Below, one piece after another: positions 35,170 to 40,822 of a stretch of DNA of 40,822 nucleotides. Within the stretch, counting starts at the first letter, position 1; each line of letters opens with the position of its first letter. Position numbers and translations under genes: made by a program. The notes below the pieces were generated by a model. That model had not been told where the DNA came from, ran no database searches, and saw nothing but the letters and a program-made list of their open reading frames with translations. This stretch comes from a virus (taxonomy: Duplodnaviria > Caudoviricetes). The stretch lies in IMG/VR virus record IMGVR_UViG_3300037781_000018, positions 1 through 40,822 of that record; one strand, given 5' to 3'.

Positions 35170-36565
35170 CGCACCGTTTGCTCGTATCCCATATGCTCGC
35201 AACTGGGTTGGTGCGTGGGCGATGCACGAGCCGGAGTTCCACGCACTGCGTGCGCAACTCGAGCAAATCAGTGTTCGACACCACTTGGCGGAATTGAACG
35301 CCGAGGACGTGCTGCGATCCGAGGAAGAACTGTTTTCGATGGTCGAGGGTGGCGTTGCAATCGTCAACGTCAACGGACCAATGATGAAACACGCGTCGAG
35401 CTTTGGCGAATCTTGCTCGACTGTCGAGATGCGTCGAATTATCGGCAAGCTGAAACGCGATCCAATGGTTCAGGGCTTAGTGCTGCGATTTGAAACGCCG
35501 GGCGGCACGGTCGCGGGGACGCAAGAACTAGCCGAGGACGTTAAGAATTTTGGCAAACCGACTATGGCGTTTTGTAGTGACCTGACCGCCTCGGCTGGTT
35601 ACTGGGTCGCTAGCCAGTGCGACACGATCGTCGCAAACGAAATGGCAATGGTCGGGTCGATCGGTGTTTACTCGGTCGCAATCGATTCGTCGGAAGCCTC
35701 AGCCAAAAAGGGCTTTGCTGTCTACGTCATTAAGGCTGGCGAGCACAAAGGCGACGGCACGCCGGGCACACCGATCACAGAAGAACAGCTGGAAGAAAAT
35801 CAAAAGCTGATCAATACGCTGGGCGACTACTTCATTAACGCGGTTGCCACTGGTCGCGGAATTGATGCGGGGCAGGCTCGCAGCCTAGCCGATGGCAGAA
35901 TCCACCTAGCCAAAGACGCACTCGCGTTGGGGCTAATCGATGAGGTCGATTCCTATGAGTCGGCACTGACAAAGTTCGTTGATGGTTTTTCACAAACGCC
36001 GGTATCGGCAACAACTCAGGAGAATGAAATGGCTGATGGTCAACAACAGTCGCCGGTAACGGTAGCAGAACTGAAGGCACGTTTCCCGAAGTCTACCGCA
36101 GCGTGGCGTGAGCGCGCCATCGAAAACGGATGGTCGATCGAGCAAGCCGCCGATTCGTATCTCGCACTGCAAGAGGCACGAGCTGAGGCCGCTGAAAAGC
36201 GTGCTGTCGCTGCTGAACGTCGGGCGTCAAAGCCTGGCCTTCGTCCCGTGAAGATGGGATCGGCCAAGAAGCGCCGCAAGGGCTTCCGGGCGATGGAAGA
36301 CGAAGAAGCGATGGACGAAGAAAAGGAAATGGAAGACGAAGAGGCGATGGAAGATGAAGACACCGAAGCGATGGATGACTACGACGACGAGGACGACGTT
36401 GAGTCACCCTCGGCTACCTGGCGCCGGGAAGTCGCGGCGGCAATGAAGGCCACACGCGGAAACAAGATGAAGGCCGTAAGCCTTGCGAATCGTCGCAACC
36501 CTGGCTTGCGGGCCGCAGTCGTTCAAGAAGCCAACGCCCGCCGCGTTCGTCGATCGCGCCGCTAG
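35153..36565 (+). CDS. S49 (SppA-type) head maturation protease with scaffold C-terminus
   Basis: ETPGGTVAG, TASAGYWVAS, VGSIGV, GLIDEV. Confidence 0.92.
   Translation: MHLEIDAPFARIPYARNWVGAWAMHEPEFHALRAQLEQISVRHHLAELNAEDVLRSEEELFSMVEGGVAIVNVNGPMMKHASSFGESCSTVEMRRIIGKLKRDPMVQGLVLRFETPGGTVAGTQELAEDVKNFGKPTMAFCSDLTASAGYWVASQCDTIVANEMAMVGSIGVYSVAIDSSEASAKKGFAVYVIKAGEHKGDGTPGTPITEEQLEENQKLINTLGDYFINAVATGRGIDAGQARSLADGRIHLAKDALALGLIDEVDSYESALTKFVDGFSQTPVSATTQENEMADGQQQSPVTVAELKARFPKSTAAWRERAIENGWSIEQAADSYLALQEARAEAAEKRAVAAERRASKPGLRPVKMGSAKKRRKGFRAMEDEEAMDEEKEMEDEEAMEDEDTEAMDDYDDEDDVESPSATWRREVAAAMKATRGNKMKAVSLANRRNPGLRAAVVQEANARRVRRSRR
36029..36565 (+). CDS. Nested in-frame scaffold protein (Nu3-like)
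   Basis: Internal AGGAG SD at 36018 before in-frame ATG at the protease/scaffold boundary. Confidence 0.6.
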   Translation: MADGQQQSPVTVAELKARFPKSTAAWRERAIENGWSIEQAADSYLALQEARAEAAEKRAVAAERRASKPGLRPVKMGSAKKRRKGFRAMEDEEAMDEEKEMEDEEAMEDEDTEAMDDYDDEDDVESPSATWRREVAAAMKATRGNKMKAVSLANRRNPGLRAAVVQEANARRVRRSRR

Positions 36566-36622
36566 TCGGCAGCGACCTAACTTCGTTTTTCAAATAGCAA
36601 ATACATTTTTGAGGTAGAAGAA

Positions 36623-37006
36623 ATGAGTCAATTCGTAGACGGCAATTACAAAACTTTCGAGGCTGATGCGGCGATCGCGTTGTATCAGCGTGTCAAGCTT
36701 GATTCAGACGGCAAGGTGACTGTTGCCGGGCTGGCAGATTTGGACATCGGCACTGCGGTAAAGCCTGCTTTCGCAGCCGGTGATTTAGTTACCGTTAAGC
36801 TGCGAACGGCTAGCGGTACTCACAAGATGATTGTGAGCGAAGCCGTTGCGGCTGGTGCGTTGCTTTACACCGAGTCAGACGGCGAAGTGCAGGACACTGC
36901 ACAAGCAACCGCCTTTGCAATCGGCACTGCGTTGGAAGCGGCGACAGCCGATCAAGACGTTATCGAAGTGCTTTACAACACTCACGGCGATACTGCCGCG
37001 AGCTAA
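36623..37006 (+). CDS. Capsid decoration/cement protein (DUF2190-like)
   Basis: Ala/Gly-rich, IGTALEAATADQDVIEVL. Confidence 0.78.
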   Translation: MSQFVDGNYKTFEADAAIALYQRVKLDSDGKVTVAGLADLDIGTAVKPAFAAGDLVTVKLRTASGTHKMIVSEAVAAGALLYTESDGEVQDTAQATAFAIGTALEAATADQDVIEVLYNTHGDTAAS

Positions 37007-37102
37007 CCAAGCCCCGAGCGCGTCCCGGTGGCGGTGGCCACCAAAGCCGGGGCGCTTTTATATTTTCTAGTTTTGCGTTGCTCGGGGGAATGGATTTGAG
37101 CA

Positions 37103-38083
37103 ATGCCTACGTCGAGTAGCAGTTTAGCGACCTTGCGGCCAGACCTGGCCGAATCGTTCATGGAATTCGACTTGGAAGCCGATGCTGCTGGCATGGTGGC
37201 TCCCTTCGTTTTCCCCATTATTGAAGTTCAGAAGCAAGCGGGGGTTTTCGGCAAGATTACCTTGGAGAGTTTGCTTCAAAACCCTGAAACCAGGCGAGCA
37301 CCTGGGAGTAATTACAATCGAAGCAACTTCGAGTTCGATGACGCTTCATATTCGTGTGTCGAACACGGCATGGAAGAGGTCGTTGACGATCGCGAAGCGA
37401 TGATGTACGCCGAGTATTTCGACGCCGAGTTGATCAGCACAATGCGGGCCTACAGCGCCGTCTTGCGTGACGCTGAAAAGCGGGTGGCCGACGCCGTGTT
37501 CAACACCACGACCTGGACCGGTGGCAGTCTGACAACTGCGATCACTCACGAGTGGGACGACGCGGTAAACTGCGTTCCAATTACGGACGTTGAAGCAGCG
37601 GTTCAGTCTGTATATGACGGCAGCGGCCTTTGGGCAAACGCTCTGATCATCAATCGCAAGGTGTTCCGCAACCTGCGAAACTCCGAGCAGATTATCGAGC
37701 GCATTAACTCGGCTGGCGCTGGAAATCCTAGCAAGGCTTCCGACGTTACCGCCGCTATGCTTGCTCAAGTGTTCGATCTTGAGCACATCATTGTCGGTGG
37801 TACAAGTCGCAACACTGCGAACGAAGGCCAAACTGCATCGGTCGGCCAAATCTGGTCGGACGAATATGCGATGGTTTGCAAGATTGCTACCGGGCCTGAC
37901 TTCCGCGAGCCTTGCATTGGCCGCACCTTCCACTGGTCGGAAGATGGATCAACGCCGGGCGGAACGATTGAAACTTACCGCGACGAGAATGTTCGTGGTA
38001 GCGTCGTCCGCGTTCGCCACGACGTTGACGAGGTGGTTTTGTATCCGCAGGCAGGTCACCTGTTGAGCAACATCACGACCTAA
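37103..38083 (+). CDS. Major capsid protein
   Basis: 326 aa after decoration gene; lambda gpE-like size and position. Confidence 0.85.
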   Translation: MPTSSSSLATLRPDLAESFMEFDLEADAAGMVAPFVFPIIEVQKQAGVFGKITLESLLQNPETRRAPGSNYNRSNFEFDDASYSCVEHGMEEVVDDREAMMYAEYFDAELISTMRAYSAVLRDAEKRVADAVFNTTTWTGGSLTTAITHEWDDAVNCVPITDVEAAVQSVYDGSGLWANALIINRKVFRNLRNSEQIIERINSAGAGNPSKASDVTAAMLAQVFDLEHIIVGGTSRNTANEGQTASVGQIWSDEYAMVCKIATGPDFREPCIGRTFHWSEDGSTPGGTIETYRDENVRGSVVRVRHDVDEVVLYPQAGHLLSNITT

Positions 38084-38085
38084 TC

Positions 38086-38427
38086 ATGAGCCGTTTTCAA
38101 TCGTCATTCGCGAAATACGCCGCAGCTGATCTGGTTTTCCAGTTCGGGGAGCCTGGGGTGTATTTCGCGGGCGGGGTTGGAGGCGGTCGGTCAATCCAAG
38201 GGATCGTTGAGCGCGACGTTCAGACGATTACGGATGCCGGAATACCTGCACTAGCAACGTTTGTAACGGTCAAAGACTCGGCAACCACTGGAATATCAAA
38301 GACGGAAATTGACACCGGGAGCGACACCTACAGCGTGGCTCTGCGGCAAGGGGAAACGCCACAGGTGCGGCAGATTGTTTTTGTCGAGTCGGTGGAAGGT
38401 GGGTTAGTACGGTTCCAGGTTAATTGA
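38086..38427 (+). CDS. Head-tail joining protein (gpFII-like)
   Basis: FGEPGVY...IQGIVER; position. Confidence 0.7.
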   Translation: MSRFQSSFAKYAAADLVFQFGEPGVYFAGGVGGGRSIQGIVERDVQTITDAGIPALATFVTVKDSATTGISKTEIDTGSDTYSVALRQGETPQVRQIVFVESVEGGLVRFQVN

Positions 38428-38918
38428 TGAGCACACCCGTTCCCGAATTGATCGCTACAACGCTAATCACGCGGCTACAGGCAATCACTATCGCCGGTGG
38501 TTATGCGTTTGATGTGGCGAGCGTGGTACGGGTTAATCGCGACGGCACTGGATGGGCACCGGCTAACCACACAATCGCGGTAATTCAGGCTAGCAACGCA
38601 AGAGACCCAGAGGGCGATCACGAAGGCAACCCGCCTGCAATCGCCCACTTGCTGACGTTTGCAATCGTCGGATTTGTTCGGCAGTCAGACAGGGCAACGG
38701 CGGCGGATCAGACGCAGGAAAACATTATCGACGCGGCGATGCGGAAAGCGATTACCACGCCGGTTGACTGGCACACCTTTGGAGGGCGTTCGTACAACGC
38801 AAACCTAGGAGATACGGAACGGTTTACGTCAGACGATGGCAAGCATACGGGCGCAACGCTGACGCTCGAAGTGATGTACCGGGTGAGCGAGACAAGCCCG
38901 TTTACGGTGCGTCACTAA
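38424..38918 (+). CDS. Tail terminator-like protein
   Basis: ITRLQAITIAGGY N-terminus; position. Confidence 0.65.
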   Translation: MMSTPVPELIATTLITRLQAITIAGGYAFDVASVVRVNRDGTGWAPANHTIAVIQASNARDPEGDHEGNPPAIAHLLTFAIVGFVRQSDRATAADQTQENIIDAAMRKAITTPVDWHTFGGRSYNANLGDTERFTSDDGKHTGATLTLEVMYRVSETSPFTVRH

Positions 38919-39475
38919 TGCTAAAAGTCGAGGCAAATAACCGGGCCTTAAAGCGGCTCGCCAAAGTGATTGAGGGCAGCAGTTTTCAAATCAAAAAAGA
39001 AACAGCAAAGGCAATCAACGAAACGGTGCGGAAAGCAACTCGGCTGATGTCGCAAGAAGTGACTCAAGAGCTTGCCATACCACAGAAAACAGTGAAGGAA
39101 AAGATTAAAGGCAAGGACAGGGCTAAACCTCGCAAGCTAAACGCAAAGGTAACGCTCCAACATTCCGAGCGGATTCCGTTGCGAGACTTTAAGGCGAAGC
39201 AAACAAAAAAAGGCGTTGCCTACAAGATCAGTAAGCGCAGCGGCAGGAAACGGATCGAGGGTGCGTTTATGGTTGCGAGCATGGGGAATAACGTTTTTGC
39301 ACGAGCAACGAACAACCCATTTCCGCTTTACAAGCTGCAAGGGGCATCGCCTTGGGGTGCGTTTGTCAAACAAAAATCAGGGCGCAAAGTTAGGCGGGAA
39401 GTTCGCAAGGAACTGACCAAGCAAATCGACAGGCGAGTTCGCTTTATCAAACTAAAAAAAACCGGAGCAATTTAA
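38918..39475 (+). CDS. Minor tail protein Z-like
   Basis: Very basic; KAINET, IEGAFM, VFAR motifs. Confidence 0.72.
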   Translation: MLKVEANNRALKRLAKVIEGSSFQIKKETAKAINETVRKATRLMSQEVTQELAIPQKTVKEKIKGKDRAKPRKLNAKVTLQHSERIPLRDFKAKQTKKGVAYKISKRSGRKRIEGAFMVASMGNNVFARATNNPFPLYKLQGASPWGAFVKQKSGRKVRREVRKELTKQIDRRVRFIKLKKTGAI

Positions 39476-39476
39476 T

Positions 39477-40406
39477 ATGCCACTGCTGAAACGCAAGCGA
39501 GTTTTCGCCGCCAAGGTCGAAGCGACCGCAGGAACTGCTGAAACACTAACGGCGTCAGAAGGCGTCTACAATGCCTACAACGTAATGATTCAACCGAACA
39601 TTACAGTTGAGGAACGCGAGGCCCAAGGGGCATTTAATCGCTTGGCTGGTGTGCCGGGTGCACGCACAGGAACGGCGACGTTCCGCACAGACATCAGCTA
39701 CAACGCAACGACACTCCCGACTTGGGCGTCGGTACTTTTGCCTGGCTGCGGGTTCGCTGATGACGACCCGTCGTTTTTACCGAGGACGGAAGTGCCGGGA
39801 ACTAATGTTAAAACGTTAACGATCGGATGCTTTCAAGACGGCATGTTCAAGTCGATTTATGGGGCTGTCGGAACTGCACAATTAGTGTTCCCTGCGGGCC
39901 GGATGGCGTACATCGACTGGACGTTTACCGGAATTTGGGCGGCACCAACTGACACGGCACTTATCGGGCCAACGTACCCCACTGACCCGGCGTTGCGATT
40001 TGCGTCGTCAACGATCACCTACAACTCGGTAGCGGCAAAGGTCGAGCAGGTAACGGTTGACCTCGGCAATAACGTCGTGATGCGCGAAGACGCTTCGACG
40101 GTCGCAGGATTTTCAACTGGGATCATTACGGATCGCAACCCGCGAATCAGCCTGAATCCCGAATCGGTACTGGTCGCGACAAACAACATTAACGGGCTTT
40201 TTCTTGCAGGGACGCAGGCAGCCTTTTCGCTTTCAATTCCGACCGGTGGGGGAACGTTTGTAGTCGCCGCCGACGAAGCGCAAGTGATGAACCAACAGGA
40301 AGGTGACCGTAACGGAATGGTCACGGACGAGATTGAACTGGCTTGCCAAAAAGATGGCACGGTCAATGACCAGGAATTGTCAATCACATTCAACCCAGCA
40401 CCTTAA
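39477..40406 (+). CDS. Major tail tube protein
   Basis: AAKVEATAGT N-terminus, 309 aa, precedes chaperone. Confidence 0.78.
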   Translation: MPLLKRKRVFAAKVEATAGTAETLTASEGVYNAYNVMIQPNITVEEREAQGAFNRLAGVPGARTGTATFRTDISYNATTLPTWASVLLPGCGFADDDPSFLPRTEVPGTNVKTLTIGCFQDGMFKSIYGAVGTAQLVFPAGRMAYIDWTFTGIWAAPTDTALIGPTYPTDPALRFASSTITYNSVAAKVEQVTVDLGNNVVMREDASTVAGFSTGIITDRNPRISLNPESVLVATNNINGLFLAGTQAAFSLSIPTGGGTFVVAADEAQVMNQQEGDRNGMVTDEIELACQKDGTVNDQELSITFNPAP

Positions 40407-40425
40407 TTTTAACCTCGGGGAAACA

Positions 40426-40761
40426 ATGGAATCTGACGGAATTGTGCAAGTTGAGCCGGGCGACGAAATACCAGTCGAGTACGGGCGGGGAAAGACAGTT
40501 ATTGCGAAGGCTTTAAGCGGTCGCGGCAAGCGGCGGCTGGTGGCACTGTTGCAGCAGATGGACGCGGTTAAAACGCAGCCCGAAAACGTCGTTAAGGTCT
40601 TCGAGTTGGCTGAGGAAGCGTTCAAGCTGTGCGTGCCAGATGCTAGCGAGGAATTACTGGAAACACTTGACGAACGGCAGCAGATTCAGGTTGCGGGCAG
40701 GGTGCTAGCGACCACGCACTTGACCAAAGAACAGCGAAAAAAATTAGAGTCGCCGCGCTAA
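40426..40761 (+). CDS. Tail assembly chaperone (gpG-like)
   Basis: GGGGA SD, follows tail tube gene, ends with slippery site. Confidence 0.75.
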   Translation: MESDGIVQVEPGDEIPVEYGRGKTVIAKALSGRGKRRLVALLQQMDAVKTQPENVVKVFELAEEAFKLCVPDASEELLETLDERQQIQVAGRVLATTHLTKEQRKKLESPR

Positions 40762-40822
40762 TTCGCAGCGGCTTGTTGTGCCGTGGATGCGGCAGGCAAT
40801 GCCTGGACGACGAGCAAGGCAT
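40696..40822 (+). repeat. 127-bp direct repeat, right copy
   Basis: Identical to 1-127. Confidence 0.95.

Larger units (their letters stand above)
1..40822. mobile_element. Complete circular temperate siphophage genome (~40.7 kb), probable Planctomycetota host
   Basis: Terminase, portal, S49 protease, capsid, tail and tape measure genes, tyrosine integrase and replication module; the two ends overlap by 127 bp. Confidence 0.93.

Noticed and set aside
413-40406. Stop-codon reassignment
   Set aside because: Core genes are full length in the standard code and all three stop codons are used

Overview
Apparently complete, circular genome (~40,695 bp) of a temperate lambda-like siphophage; bases 1-127 are repeated at 40696-40822, which looks like an assembly overlap. 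The host is probably a planctomycete (inferred from the protein repertoire, not proven). Gene order: tail genes; integrase/HTH switch region with no recognisable CI repressor; early and replication genes (GIY-YIG nuclease, CsrA, SSB-like, two ParB-like, initiator, DnaB, MazG-like, RusA-like, metallophosphoesterase); a membrane/secreted cluster built around a papain-like protease with no recognisable muralytic endolysin; three fibre/lectin-like genes; a ~4.8 kb accessory region; then packaging, head and tail genes. The accessory region (25157-29990) is the highlight and holds two nested cassette systems. (1) Four integron-type attC sites and an attI-like site on the minus strand define three intact cassettes and one damaged cassette; their ORFs are inverted so they read with the phage operon, and no IntI is encoded. 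(2) Thirteen copies of a 28-bp quasi-palindromic site (TAAC-N4-AA-N6-ATY-N7-A-N) lie at nearly every gene boundary and delimit modules carrying small ORFs, two tRNA-like RNAs lacking a normal anticodon arm, or the integron cassettes themselves. All protein calls are by-eye motif and synteny recognition; no searches were run.
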